From Coleofasciculus chthonoplastes F2-STO-03 (GTDB lineage: Bacteria > Cyanobacteriota > Cyanobacteriia > Cyanobacteriales > Coleofasciculaceae): DNA of 18,140 nucleotides. The position numbers and the translations under genes are program-made. The DNA is taken from the NCBI GenBank assembly GCA_040222015.1, contig JAVJWO010000167.1:1-18140 (forward strand), given 5' to 3'. Positions 1 to 10,028 of this stretch are shown piece by piece (the first letter of the stretch is position 1; each line of letters starts with the position of its first letter). The notes beneath the pieces are model-generated. The model was not told where the DNA came from. It saw only the letters and a list, made by a program, of their open reading frames with translations, and searched no databases.

Positions 1-679
1 CTCAAAAAAAGGCGTTCCATTGCAAGTCGAACATATCATTTCACGCGCCAAGGGCGGTTCTGACCGTGTTTCTAACCTGTGTCTTGCCTGTGAAAAGTGC
101 AACCAAAAGAAAGGGACTTCATACCTGAAAGACTTTCTCAAAGGTAAACCCGAACTAGAGAACCGCATTCTCAAACAAGCCAAAACGCCCCTGAAAGATG
201 CTGCTGCGGTTAACGTAACGCGCTCGAAGTTATTCGAGACGCTCAAGGCAATGGAACTACCCGTGACGACCGGGACAGGTGGACAAACCAAATATAACCG
301 CACTCGGTTAGGACTCGATAAAGCGCATTGGTTAGATGCTGCTTGTGTTGGTGTAACCGAAATGCTCACAGTTTTGACCAATAAGATTCTGCAAGTCAAA
401 GCAACGGGTCAAGGCGGACGACAACGATGCCAAACCGATAGACTAGGTTATCCGCACAAGTATCGCCCATTGCGTCCGATTCATGGCTTCTGTACTGGCG
501 ACATCGTGAAAACGGTCATCCCAAAAGGTGTGAACACAGGAACTTATGTTGCTCGACTTTGCCCATACAGCAATGGCAGAGGTGAGATCTATCCGACAAC
601 TGGCAAAAAACGGATTGGCATCAAACTAGAATATGTAGAAAAACCAATTCATCGAAAGGACGGCTACAGCTATGCGTGA
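1..679 (+). CDS. iscB: IscB RNA-guided endonuclease (IS200/IS605 OMEGA), C-terminal part; 5' end lies outside the window
   Basis: HNH motif VEHIISRAKGGSDRVSNLCLACEKCNQKKG, followed by LKDAAAVN, TKYNR, RuvC-III-like HWLDAACVG, GFCTGDIVK and terminal HRKDGYSY, all typical of cyanobacterial IscB. The start at 20 is an edge artefact. Confidence 0.88.
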   Translation, partial: SKKGVPLQVEHIISRAKGGSDRVSNLCLACEKCNQKKGTSYLKDFLKGKPELENRILKQAKTPLKDAAAVNVTRSKLFETLKAMELPVTTGTGGQTKYNRTRLGLDKAHWLDAACVGVTEMLTVLTNKILQVKATGQGGRQRCQTDRLGYPHKYRPLRPIHGFCTGDIVKTVIPKGVNTGTYVARLCPYSNGRGEIYPTTGKKRIGIKLEYVEKPIHRKDGYSYA

Positions 680-809
680 AAAGTACCCAAACGGGAAGAA
701 ATGTCTAGATGGGTCTAGAAATTAGCAAACAGCTTCTAACCCAAGGAACCAAAAGCTCAAGTTTACTTGAGTGGACTGGATAAGAGTTTCAGAGACGAGC
801 TGATTTTAG

Positions 810-875
810 GTAGGGTGGGCAAGAGTTATAAACATTGAAACCTTTATCGTAGCGTTCGTTGCTCTTGCCCACCAC
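810..875. repeat. GTAG-type REP-like inverted repeat with long loop
   Basis: GTAG followed by arms GGTGGGCAAGAG (814-825) and CTCTTGCCCACC (862-873), with a 36-nt loop. Confidence 0.7.
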
Positions 876-1154
876 AGGGTCATTTGATGGTAGAAAAGTC
901 ATCTGGAAGCATCTTGCACCAGCTTCCCCCTTTCCCTCTGGAAAAAGTGCAGTTACCGTTGAGATGGGATATATAAGAGAAGAAGAGACATCTGTATAGA
1001 TGATCGACCCAAAGCAGTAGCTTAGTATGGGACTAACTGGGACTGTATTACTGGCATAGCCTTGCTAATTACGACTTTGGGGATGCACCAGCCACCGAAC
1101 CTAGCCATCATGCACCGCATACGCCAACACCCATGAACATCACTCTCACTCAAA

Positions 1155-1251
1155 ACCATGTCCTTGAGCGACGTGAAGGATCACTCAGGGCGGGTTTTGT
1201 ACAACTGTTACCATCAATAGCGACAAGAAAGTTCCATTACCCGCCCCTACA
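1155..1251. repeat. REP-like element (AGGGCGGG...CCCGCCCCTAC family) upstream of topA
   Basis: Arms at ~1187-1197 and ~1239-1250. Flank and loop resemble the 105-bp units at 13285-13568. Confidence 0.7.
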
Positions 1252-1381
1252 CACTCACGCACTCGGTTCTCTTGAAGGAAGGGAAAGGTTCAAACTCTCT
1301 GATTACGGATCAATGACTTGATACCCTGCATAAACGACTTAGATTAGACTATTCAGCTAGGCTGCTATTTTGAGGACTCCC

Positions 1382-3994
1382 ATGACCACCCTCGTCATCG
1401 TCGAATCTCCCACCAAAGCCCGCACCATTCGCAACTACTTGCCTTCGGGCTATCAAGTAGAAGCGTCAATGGGTCATATTCGTGACCTCCCTCAATCGGC
1501 TAGTGAGATCCCCGAAGCCGTCAAGGGAGAAAAATGGGCGCAGTTGGGGGTCAATGTAGAGGCGGATTTTGAACCCATCTACGTTGTCCCCAAAGATAAA
1601 AAGAAAGTTGTCAAACAACTCAAAGACGCCCTGAAAGACGCCGAAGAGTTGGTACTCGCCACAGACGAAGACCGGGAAGGGGAAAGCATTAGTTGGCATT
1701 TATTGCAAGTCCTCAAACCCAAAGTACCCTGCAAACGCATGGTCTTTCATGAAATTACTCAAGAAGCCATTCGTGACGCCCTGCAAAACTGTCGGGATAT
1801 TGATGACCAACTGGTACACGCCCAAGAAACCCGCCGAATTTTAGACAGATTGGTGGGCTATACCCTTTCGCCTCTACTGTGGAAAAAAATCGCCTGGGGA
1901 TTATCAGCCGGTCGGGTTCAGTCCGTTTCCGTGCGGCTGCTGGTGAATCGAGAACGCCAACGCCGTGCGTTCCGTCAAGGGAGTTATTGGGATTTAAAAG
2001 CCCTTTTAGACCAAGACAACACTCCCTTTGAATCCAAACTTGTCACCCTAGCTGGGACAAAAATAGCCACCGGAAGTGATTTCGACGCCAACACCGGGCA
2101 AATTATTGAAGGGCGGAATGTGCGGCTGCTGAATGAAGCCGAAGCGCGAGACTTGCAGGCGCGGCTAATGGACAAAACCTGGACGGTGACTGACCTAGAG
2201 GAACGCCCCGTCACCCGGAAACCCGCCCCCCCGTTTACCACCTCCACCCTGCAACAGGAAGCCAACCGCAAATTAAGCCTATCAGCGCGAGATACGATGC
2301 GGACGGCTCAAAATCTGTATGAACAGGGGTATATTACCTATATGCGGACGGATTCGGTGCATTTATCCGCACAAGCGATCGCGGCAGCTCGGAGTTGCGT
2401 CGAACAAATGTATGGTCAGCAATACCTCAGCCCCAAACCGCGTCAGTACAGTACCAAAAGTAAAGCCGCCCAAGAAGCCCACGAAGCGATTCGCCCCGCC
2501 GGAAGCACCTTCCGTACCCCCAGAGATACTGGACTGTCTGGTCGTGAATTACAACTGTATGAGTTAATTTGGAAGCGCACTGTCGCCACCCAAATGGCAG
2601 ACTCGCGCCAAACCCACATTACCGTAGATTTAGACGTCGAAGATGCCGGATTTCGGTCTACAGGCAAACGTATCGATTTTCCCGGTTATCTGCGGGCGTA
2701 TGTGGAGGGTTCCGATGATCCCGACGCCGCCTTAGAAGACCAAGAAGTCGTTCTTCCCGCCTTAGCCGTTGGAGATCATCCCGAGTGCAAAAACCTGGAA
2801 GCCATCGGTCATGAAACCCAACCCCCAGGGCGCTACACCGAAGCCTCCCTGGTCAAAACCCTAGAAAGTGAAGGAATTGGGCGCCCTAGTACCTACGCCA
2901 GCATTATCGGTACGATTATCGATCGCGGCTATGCCCAAATGCAAAAAAAGACACTCATCCCCACCTTCACCGCCTTTGCAGTCACCAGTTTACTAGAGAA
3001 ACATTTCCCGGACTTGGTAGACACCAGCTTTACCGCCAAAATGGAACAAACCCTCGACGAAATCTCCACCGGAGAAGCCGAATGGTTACCCTATCTGGAG
3101 AAATTTTATCGAGGTGACAATGGCTTAGAAACCCAAGTTCGCGAACGGGAAGACCAAATTGATCCCAATGAAGCCCGGAGTGTAGAACTGGAAAATCTGG
3201 ATGTTAAAGTTCGCATTGGTAAATTTGGTCCCTACATCGAAGCTGAAAATGGCGAGGGTTCCGTCACCGCCTCCATTCCCCAAGACTTGACCCCCTCGGA
3301 ACTGGATGCAGCACAGGTCGAAATTATCCTCAAGCAAAAAACCCAGGGACCAGAAAAACTGGGACTGCACCCCGAAACGGGCGAACCGATTTATCTATTA
3401 ATTGGGAGTTATGGTCCTTATGTCCAACTGGGTGAAGTCTCGGAGGAGAATAAGAAACCGAAGCGGATGTCTTTACCCAAAGGGGTGAACATGGAAGATG
3501 TCACTCTAGATATGGCGCTGGGTTTATTATCCCTTCCACGTAATCTGGGCGTTCATCCCGCTACTGGGGGCAAAGTTCAGGCGGGATTGGGGCGCTTTGG
3601 TCCTTATGTTGTTCACAACCAGGGGAAAGAGGGCAAAGATTATCGTTCCCTGAAAAAAGGCGACGATGTGTTGACAATTTCCATGGAACGTGCATTGGAG
3701 CTCTTGTCTGAGCCGAAAAAATCCAAGGGGGGTAGTCGCAGCAAATCCAAGACTCCTTTGAAGGAATTAGGGGAACATCCAGAGGATAAAGAACCCGTCA
3801 ATATCTACGAGGGTCCCTATGGAACATACATCAAGCATGGTAAAACCAATGCGGGACTCCCGGAGGATTTATCGGTGGAGGAGATTACCCTAGAAAAGGC
3901 ATTAGAACTCTTAGCCGCGAAAAAAGCCAGCAGCCGTTCCAAAAAATCAAAATCCTCAAAATCCTCAAAAAGTCGCAAAAGTACCAAAAAATAG
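1382..3994 (+). CDS. topA: DNA topoisomerase I (type IA) with C-terminal Toprim_C repeats and Lys/Ser-rich tail
   Basis: [26 protein letters not shown], catalytic [29 protein letters not shown] and repeated GxYGPY motifs. ATG at 1382 preferred over TTG at 1370. Confidence 0.97.
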   Translation: MTTLVIVESPTKARTIRNYLPSGYQVEASMGHIRDLPQSASEIPEAVKGEKWAQLGVNVEADFEPIYVVPKDKKKVVKQLKDALKDAEELVLATDEDREGESISWHLLQVLKPKVPCKRMVFHEITQEAIRDALQNCRDIDDQLVHAQETRRILDRLVGYTLSPLLWKKIAWGLSAGRVQSVSVRLLVNRERQRRAFRQGSYWDLKALLDQDNTPFESKLVTLAGTKIATGSDFDANTGQIIEGRNVRLLNEAEARDLQARLMDKTWTVTDLEERPVTRKPAPPFTTSTLQQEANRKLSLSARDTMRTAQNLYEQGYITYMRTDSVHLSAQAIAAARSCVEQMYGQQYLSPKPRQYSTKSKAAQEAHEAIRPAGSTFRTPRDTGLSGRELQLYELIWKRTVATQMADSRQTHITVDLDVEDAGFRSTGKRIDFPGYLRAYVEGSDDPDAALEDQEVVLPALAVGDHPECKNLEAIGHETQPPGRYTEASLVKTLESEGIGRPSTYASIIGTIIDRGYAQMQKKTLIPTFTAFAVTSLLEKHFPDLVDTSFTAKMEQTLDEISTGEAEWLPYLEKFYRGDNGLETQVREREDQIDPNEARSVELENLDVKVRIGKFGPYIEAENGEGSVTASIPQDLTPSELDAAQVEIILKQKTQGPEKLGLHPETGEPIYLLIGSYGPYVQLGEVSEENKKPKRMSLPKGVNMEDVTLDMALGLLSLPRNLGVHPATGGKVQAGLGRFGPYVVHNQGKEGKDYRSLKKGDDVLTISMERALELLSEPKKSKGGSRSKSKTPLKELGEHPEDKEPVNIYEGPYGTYIKHGKTNAGLPEDLSVEEITLEKALELLAAKKASSRSKKSKSSKSSKSRKSTKK

Positions 3995-4000
3995 GTTGAT

Positions 4001-4028
4001 GTAGAGACGCGCCATGGCGCGTCTCTAC
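4001..4028. repeat. Perfect 28-bp REP-like palindrome GTAGAGACGCGCCATGGCGCGTCTCTAC just after the topA stop; possible terminator or mRNA-stabilising hairpin
   Basis: Perfect palindrome. Related copies at 13210-13233, 16458-16484 and a partial copy at 12571. Confidence 0.85.
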
Positions 4029-4394
4029 CTAGCGTTTAGGTTGAGGTAGATTCAAATGAGAGAAACGACACGATGATATGAGCAACTTTCCTGACTATTT
4101 GAGAACCAAAGATAAAATTCACCAACAACTACTGCATCTTCTTCCTGGACATGATCCCTTCTTTCCCCGTTGGATTGTCACAATGGAGAAACGATAAACA
4201 TGATTCCCGTTTCTCCACCTCCTGAACCCGTTAATTTTGATGCTCAAGCCAGACAACCAATAATGACTGTAGCGCCTAAGTCTATCAAAATAAGCTGAAA
4301 TACGAGAATAAATAGCTAAATCTCTTGCTGTTCAATATTTGGGAGCCTTAAACTAATAATTGAGTACACCAACTACGGAAGACCAGAAAACCCA

Positions 4395-4610
4395 ATGGCA
4401 AACAACACCTCTTTAGAAAAACGTATGGTAGCAGTTGAAGCAGCGATCGCCGAATTGCAGAAACAACTTGCAAATCCTCAACCGACAAATTGGCTACAAC
4501 AAATTACAGGGTCTTTCAAAGATGAACCTGCCTTTGAGGAGGTACTGGCTTACGGACGAGCAATTCGCCAAGGTGATGAGTCTGTACTAGAAGCACAAGA
4601 CGAGTTATGA
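4395..4610 (+). CDS. Putative antitoxin of a type II toxin-antitoxin pair
   Basis: 71 aa, N-terminal coiled coil, acidic C-terminus, ATGA overlap with the downstream PIN toxin gene. Confidence 0.75.
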   Translation: MANNTSLEKRMVAVEAAIAELQKQLANPQPTNWLQQITGSFKDEPAFEEVLAYGRAIRQGDESVLEAQDEL

Positions 4611-5035
4611 AATATTTATTGGATACAGACCATCTGAGCGTTCTTCAGCGTCAAACAGGGAAGGATTATAGCAACCTTTCGACACACATGGCTCATCACC
4701 CGCTATCGGATTTTGCCGTATCAATTGTCACTTTTCACGAACAAATGCTTGGTTGTCACGCCTATATTAATCGTGAGCGTAGCCTAAATGATGTAGTGAA
4801 AGGATATGAGATGATGGCGCGGCTCGTTAATGACTTTAAAGTGTTACCCATCCTACCATTTGATGCGGGTGCAGCTACAACATTTGAGCAATTAAAGTCA
4901 AAACGGATTCAACTGGCAAAGATGGATGCAAGAATCGCGGCAATTGCACTATCTCGCGGATTAATTCTCTTAACCCGCAATCATCGAGATTTCGGGAAAG
5001 TGGCAGGGTTGGCAATCGAAGATTGGACAATTTAA
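4607..5035 (+). CDS. vapC: PIN-domain VapC-family toxin (ribonuclease)
   Basis: YLLDTD at the N-terminus, conserved E in TFHEQ, MDARIAAIAL and LLTRNHRDF. Confidence 0.9.
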   Translation: MKYLLDTDHLSVLQRQTGKDYSNLSTHMAHHPLSDFAVSIVTFHEQMLGCHAYINRERSLNDVVKGYEMMARLVNDFKVLPILPFDAGAATTFEQLKSKRIQLAKMDARIAAIALSRGLILLTRNHRDFGKVAGLAIEDWTI

Positions 5036-5085
5036 TACTATTTTAGTATACAGCAGTTTGCTCTGCTATGCGGTACATTGTCGAT

Positions 5086-5157
5086 CCCCCTAAATCCCCC
5101 TTAAAAAAGGGGGACTTTGATCTACTGTACTTTATTACAGCGCTTTGCGCTGTAATA
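5086..5157. repeat. Palindromic repeats between the convergent vapC and Uma2 genes; possible bidirectional terminator
   Basis: CCCCCTAAATCCCCCTTAAAAAAGGGGGACTT (5086-5117) and hairpin TATTACAGCGC-TTT-GCGCTGTAATA (5133-5157). Confidence 0.65.
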
Positions 5158-5218
5158 TAAAAACATTTGTATTTATTTACTATTCTCGTTTCCCGTTTCC
5201 TGTTTCCTGTCCCTTTGT
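5158..5218 (+). repeat. Dispersed AT-rich direct repeat, copy 1
   Basis: TAAAAACA(T/C)TTGTATTTATTTACTATTC matches 9309-9336 at 27/28; TGTCCCTTTGT is shared at 5208-5218 and 9352-9362. Confidence 0.7.
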
Positions 5219-5263
5219 CTACCTTCGTTTTATATCTCAAGTAAAATTGTTATATGTCTTCAT

Positions 5264-5815
5264 TTATATACTGACAATAGAATCGACGGATATACTTATA
5301 TCAGGAAACGCTAGGGGATAAATTCTTCCTCCTGTTAGCGTCGATCGGGAAGCGTATTCTCCATCTTGGGGATCTCGAAATACAATAAGTTGTCTTCTTT
5401 TTAGGTTAATGACCCAGTATTCAGAAATACCAACTTGGGCATAAATTTTACGTTTTATCTCTAAGTCTTTCTCTAAACTGGACTCGGAATACTCAATTAA
5501 CCAAAAAATGTTGTCTGGATAAGGGTGGTGTTCTAGGTATTCACGCCCCAATCGTTGCACAATGGCAATATCGGGTTCAGGTTCAGAGTTGTTCGGAAGT
5601 GTTATCGGTTTAGCTAAACGAACCATCGCGCGATCGCTTAACCACCGCATCAGATATTCCCCAGCTTCACTACTGAAGTAGGCGTGGGGTTCTCCTTCTG
5701 GTGACATCTCGACAATTTCTCCTTGGAGTAGTTCCACCTGCCGATCCTCTAAAATCCCCGCCGCAATCATGCGGTGATACTCGTCTATTGTCCATTTGGC
5801 TGTGGTGATTGCCAT
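5264..5815 (-). CDS. Uma2 (DUF820) family PD-(D/E)XK endonuclease-like protein
   Basis: WTIDEYHRM, VELLQGEIVEMSP, SEPEPDIAIV, LIEYSESSLEKD, KRKIYAQVGISEYWVINL. Confidence 0.92.
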   Translation of the reverse strand: MAITTAKWTIDEYHRMIAAGILEDRQVELLQGEIVEMSPEGEPHAYFSSEAGEYLMRWLSDRAMVRLAKPITLPNNSEPEPDIAIVQRLGREYLEHHPYPDNIFWLIEYSESSLEKDLEIKRKIYAQVGISEYWVINLKRRQLIVFRDPQDGEYASRSTLTGGRIYPLAFPDISISVDSIVSI

Positions 5816-5871
5816 TGCGATCGCGTTTCTGTTGCTTTAAAGATGAAACACTGATTAGGTTTAGGTTTCCT

Positions 5872-7179
5872 TCAATCCAAATTTCGATGGGTAAAGGATT
5901 TGGCATCCTTGCCACTATAACTCGCAACAACCTGACCTTGACCTGTCATTTGATACTTATACGTCACCAATCCCTCCAATCCTACAGGACCACGGGGCGG
6001 TAATTTATTTGTACTAATTCCCACTTCGGCGCCAAACCCATAGCGGAACCCATCTGCAAACCGAGTCGAACAGTTGTGGAACACATTCGCGCCATCGACT
6101 TGATTGAGGAATATCTGGGCAATGTCTGTATCTTCGGTGACAATAACATCGGTATGCCCAGAACCATAATGATTGATATGGTTAATGGCGTCTTCTAAGG
6201 AATCAACAATTTTAATCGACAGAATTAAATCATTGTATTCGGTAGACCAATCCGCATCTGTGGCGGCTGAACAATCGATCATTTGGCAAGTCGCTTCATC
6301 GCCACGGAGTTCCACCAGCCGTTCTTGCAGGGCTTTTGCAGCCAGGGGAAGAAAGCTAGGCGCGATCGCACGATGTACCAGTAGCGTCTCTATCGCGTTA
6401 CACACCGCCGGATACTGGGTTTTCGCATCAACGGTAATCTCCACCGCTTTTTGCAAGTCAGCCGCGCGATCAATATAACCATGACATATCCCATCAGCAT
6501 GACCCAATACCGGAATCCGGGTATTATCTTGAACAAAGCGGACAAAGGAATTCGATCCTCTGGGAATAATTAAATCAATATAGTCATCCAATTGCAATAG
6601 CGCCATTGTCTCCTCTCTGGTGGTTAAGAGTTGCACCACCGCCGGATCAACAGAACTTGTGGATAATCCTTTGTGAATCGCCTTAACAATCGCTTCACAG
6701 GATCGTACTGCTTCCTTCCCACCTTTGAGAATCACCCCATTCCCCGATTTTACCGCCAGGGAACTAATTTGCATCACCGCATCGGGACGTGCTTCAAAGA
6801 TAACGCCTAAGACTCCCAGGGGACAAGTGACGCGCTTGAGAACTAATCCTGTATCAAGTTCCCGATGAATTTGGATTACGCCAATGGGATCAGTCAACTT
6901 CCCCACATCCCGCACTCCCGCGATCGCGGCGTTCAGTTTCGTCTCATCCAGCTTCAGGCGATTGTACAGGGGTTTAGGGATACTCTCTGCTTCTGCGGCT
7001 TGACAATCTGCGATATTCGCCGCCAAGATATCCGGTGTGGCGATTTCTAAGGCTTTGGCGATCGCTTCAATGGCTTGATTTTTGGTATCAGTGGACATAA
7101 CCGCCAACTGTCGCGCCGCTTGGCGAGTGGCTTGTGCGATCGCGCTGAGGGATTGGGATGGTACTGGAGTCGCTGTCAT
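5872..7179 (-). CDS. proA: Gamma-glutamyl phosphate reductase (glutamate-5-semialdehyde dehydrogenase)
   Basis: [26 protein letters not shown], catalytic [29 protein letters not shown] and [12 protein letters not shown] at 7179 preferred over TTG at 7200. Confidence 0.96.
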   Translation of the reverse strand: MTATPVPSQSLSAIAQATRQAARQLAVMSTDTKNQAIEAIAKALEIATPDILAANIADCQAAEAESIPKPLYNRLKLDETKLNAAIAGVRDVGKLTDPIGVIQIHRELDTGLVLKRVTCPLGVLGVIFEARPDAVMQISSLAVKSGNGVILKGGKEAVRSCEAIVKAIHKGLSTSSVDPAVVQLLTTREETMALLQLDDYIDLIIPRGSNSFVRFVQDNTRIPVLGHADGICHGYIDRAADLQKAVEITVDAKTQYPAVCNAIETLLVHRAIAPSFLPLAAKALQERLVELRGDEATCQMIDCSAATDADWSTEYNDLILSIKIVDSLEDAINHINHYGSGHTDVIVTEDTDIAQIFLNQVDGANVFHNCSTRFADGFRYGFGAEVGISTNKLPPRGPVGLEGLVTYKYQMTGQGQVVASYSGKDAKSFTHRNLD

Positions 7180-7293
7180 GGCTGGAGATCGGAATACCAA
7201 CTAAGTCATCTGAAGTCTAGCAAAATCCTGGACTGGGCGGAAATTATGATTGATGTTTTTCCCGGAAGTCACAAGTCCCGTATTAAGACAACG

Positions 7294-8157
7294 CTATAAG
7301 TTCTCAATTTTTGTTCGTAATTCCATCAAATCAGGATATTGAGTAATATCAAGTTGCTCAATTGCCCAAGCAAAAAAGTTTTTTAAAGAGATGTATTGAG
7401 ATTCTTGCTGCTGCATCGCTTTTTGCAAATCTTTGCCATGGAACCAGATCATGTACTGCTTCTGTTGCCAAAATTCGTCTTGGCTAAACTTAGCATGATA
7501 GATACCTAAACTTGCTTCAAATCTGTCTTGGGTGACTTGATCAACAGCCTCTCTAAACGTCTGAATTAATTCTTTTGCTTTAGCTTGACAGCTTTGTAAA
7601 TCTAAAGAAGTCGGAAGTTTACCACTACCTTTTGTCCAAGTTGTTTCAAGCTGCGATCGCGCCACACTCGGCTTCGCTACATCAGCCAATGCCCATCGTA
7701 CTGCTTCATAGTCTGTCAGCGTTCTTGCTGACCTATCAATCCATGCTGTAATTGTCTCAATTCCCACTGAATCGCCATGTCCCCACTTTGATAAAGGATT
7801 TTCCGATTTCTCGGCAAATTTAGTCTGCCAATAATTATGAATTAAATCAGCATCTAAAAGATAATTTTCAATACAAGCACGATGAGTTAAAAAACAGCGT
7901 TGTCCCAGTTTTAGCAATTTAACCTCTGAGGTTGGCTGAACATCAAAATCTCTATCCCTAAAAATTATATATCGTTTATTTACAGCTTCATCAGGAAAAA
8001 AGTAACCTTGAGCAAAAACCGAAAATGTAAACTTCCCACCAGCCGACACAATTGTTAGTCGCTGTCCAGGTTGTTCTGCTAAAACGCGCTCTATAAGTTT
8101 GATATCTAAACTGGTTTGTTTTCCCTCACAGAAAATAACCTTATCAACGACACTCAC
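7294..8157 (-). CDS. OLD-type TOPRIM (DUF4435-like) nuclease, AriB-like
   Basis: N-terminal VIFCEG...D, IIFRDRDFD (DxD), CIENYLL and a helical C-terminus with HGKDL. GTG start lies 2 nt after the ATPase stop. Confidence 0.7.
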   Translation of the reverse strand: MSVVDKVIFCEGKQTSLDIKLIERVLAEQPGQRLTIVSAGGKFTFSVFAQGYFFPDEAVNKRYIIFRDRDFDVQPTSEVKLLKLGQRCFLTHRACIENYLLDADLIHNYWQTKFAEKSENPLSKWGHGDSVGIETITAWIDRSARTLTDYEAVRWALADVAKPSVARSQLETTWTKGSGKLPTSLDLQSCQAKAKELIQTFREAVDQVTQDRFEASLGIYHAKFSQDEFWQQKQYMIWFHGKDLQKAMQQQESQYISLKNFFAWAIEQLDITQYPDLMELRTKIENL

Positions 8158-8159
8158 AA

Positions 8160-9221
8160 TTACACTCCTAATCGAATAATATGTGCTTCAGGTACTAATT
8201 GCTCGACATAATCAGAGTGAGTTGTGATAATGAATTGATTGTTTTTACCCAATTTAGGTAAAGTTCTCAGCAATGCTTGTTGCATTGGCGGATGTAAATG
8301 TAATTCCAGTTCATCAATCAAAATGACTGAATTATGAATATTCCAATTTGCAAAGTCCATTAATATGGGAAAAATAGCCCGCTCTCCCCCAGACATTTCT
8401 GAAATTTCATACTGGTTTTTGCTATCGTGGAGATAAAACCAAGGTTCACTCAGGATGTCATCAATATTCTCACGAGGAACCGGACCTTCAAAACTACGTT
8501 CGGGAAAAACCTTCTGGTAAGCTCGTTCAATTTCAGCATACACATCTTTTTGTCCTGGACGTAGTTGCTTAATTCTACCTGTTTCAACGTCTTGGTGGAA
8601 TTGCCGCCATTTTGATAGGCGATCGCGTAAAATGTTTTCAGTTATTTCAAGTTTTTGATCGGGATCTTCACTGGTTAAACTTGTTGAGGTTCTTTGTTCG
8701 GTATACCAGAAGACTGTACCCACTCGCTCAAACACATAGAAGCCTTCAGATCGGAGTACTTGTTTAGCATAGTCTCGTCCTTTAAATTGGAACAATTGAG
8801 CCGCCGTATCTGCTTGGACTCGCTCACCTTGCCATCTCAAAGTTGCTAGGTAATCCTCTGCTGGAGGAACGGGTAAATGACGACCCATTTCTTGTAATTT
8901 TTGATGGAACTCCTGAACAGCATGGAGTTCTTGAGCTGAAAATTGTACCTTTAGAGTTACCTCTGGCTCAAATCGACCCCAGTTATTTCCTAGCAATTCA
9001 TAATTAAATCCTACCCAATCTAAATCAGGAAGTTTTTGTAATCGCCCAGTTGCTACTCCCAGCGTCGCCGCAATTGCCTGTAAAAGACTGGTTTTACCAG
9101 TACCATTCATGCCAATTAGGACAATAATATCTCGTGCCAAACCCGTTTCAGAATCCGTAAAATCAAAGGTATAATTCCTAATTTTCTTGAAATACTTCAA
9201 TTCGATAGATTGGACTTTCAT
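8160..9221 (-). CDS. ABC-type (AAA_15/AAA_21) ATPase, AriA/OLD-like
   Basis: Walker A GMNGTGKT, signature MSGGE, Walker B/D-loop VILIDELELHLHP and H-loop ITTHS; no transmembrane partner. Confidence 0.88.
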   Translation of the reverse strand: MKVQSIELKYFKKIRNYTFDFTDSETGLARDIIVLIGMNGTGKTSLLQAIAATLGVATGRLQKLPDLDWVGFNYELLGNNWGRFEPEVTLKVQFSAQELHAVQEFHQKLQEMGRHLPVPPAEDYLATLRWQGERVQADTAAQLFQFKGRDYAKQVLRSEGFYVFERVGTVFWYTEQRTSTSLTSEDPDQKLEITENILRDRLSKWRQFHQDVETGRIKQLRPGQKDVYAEIERAYQKVFPERSFEGPVPRENIDDILSEPWFYLHDSKNQYEISEMSGGERAIFPILMDFANWNIHNSVILIDELELHLHPPMQQALLRTLPKLGKNNQFIITTHSDYVEQLVPEAHIIRLGV

Positions 9222-9308
9222 GGCAAACCATTTAACTCTTTACGTGTTTACTCACCTGAATCAGTCTCAGTATATAGTTGGGCAATTATATCATTCAGTA
9301 GCATAACC

Positions 9309-9362
9309 TAAAAACACTTGTATTTATTTACTATTCCAGTTTTATGTTTTTTGTCCCTTTGT
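9309..9362 (+). repeat. Dispersed AT-rich direct repeat, copy 2
   Basis: Matches 5158-5218. Confidence 0.7.
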
Positions 9363-9366
9363 TCAC

Positions 9367-10014
9367 TCAATTGAATAAATGTTTGAACAGCCAAGCGCTC
9401 CAAAACATGATATGAAAAGCCACAATTGCCCAAAATACGACTTGGTAAGAATTTTTGCTGCTTTTGTGGCGTAGGGTGCGTTGAGCAATGAATGCGCCTA
9501 ACCATCCACCTGCTAGTTCGCACAAATGTAATGTTTTCTCAGGTATCCTCGATTCTCCGGTTCTAGCACGGGACTTATCGTGAGCATAAAGGACAAAGGT
9601 TAACCCACTCATGATCAAATACAGCAGGAGAGGAATTAAATTTGATGTTATTGATGCCAAGTGAACCGAACCGCTGATCGGAAATAGAGATAAAAACAAA
9701 ACTTCCCAGACTAATGAAGACGATTGTGTTCTCTTTTTCGATCGCTTTCTTTTAACAGAGGTTTTGGCTAACTGTTTAGAACTATGCTGAGATGCCGTTC
9801 CTTCGATGACAGCATGACTAGCACGAAGTTTTCCTTTCTTGCCAATAGTTAATTGATAACGGATAATGTCACCGACTTGGGGACGGCGATTAGGATTCTT
9901 TAATCCAGTGATATGCAGAAAAACGTTTTTATCGCCATGATCGGGTTTGATAAAGCCAAACCCTTCTTCGTCTTTCCAAACTGTTAATTGACCTTTATGC
10001 GTTTTGGGTTTCAT
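9367..10014 (-). CDS. Cold-shock domain plus DUF1294 membrane protein
   Basis: CSD motifs WKDEEGFGFI and VFLHI; C-terminal YAHDKSRA, RIPEKTLHL, AGGWLGA and LRHKS with hydrophobic helices. Confidence 0.88.
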   Translation of the reverse strand: MKPKTHKGQLTVWKDEEGFGFIKPDHGDKNVFLHITGLKNPNRRPQVGDIIRYQLTIGKKGKLRASHAVIEGTASQHSSKQLAKTSVKRKRSKKRTQSSSLVWEVLFLSLFPISGSVHLASITSNLIPLLLYLIMSGLTFVLYAHDKSRARTGESRIPEKTLHLCELAGGWLGAFIAQRTLRHKSSKNSYQVVFWAIVAFHIMFWSAWLFKHLFN

Positions 10015-10028
10015 CCATAAAACTCAAT

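Noticed and set aside
1133..1321. 62-aa ORF upstream of topA
   Set aside because: It is largely a translation of the REP-like element; no independent coding evidence.
1466..3370. Short antisense and alternate-frame ORFs within topA
   Set aside because: Shadows of a strongly supported gene with no recognisable motifs.
5043..5240. 65-aa ORF sharing IVNKYKCF with ORF 9308-9523
   Set aside because: The shared peptide comes from the non-coding dispersed DNA repeat, not a protein family.
5670..7299. Small ORFs overlapping Uma2 and proA
   Set aside because: Overlap well-supported genes and lack motifs.
9468..9505. GTAGGGTGCGTT, REP-like start inside the DUF1294 gene
   Set aside because: No matching second arm; it encodes the conserved QRTLRHK region, so likely coincidence.
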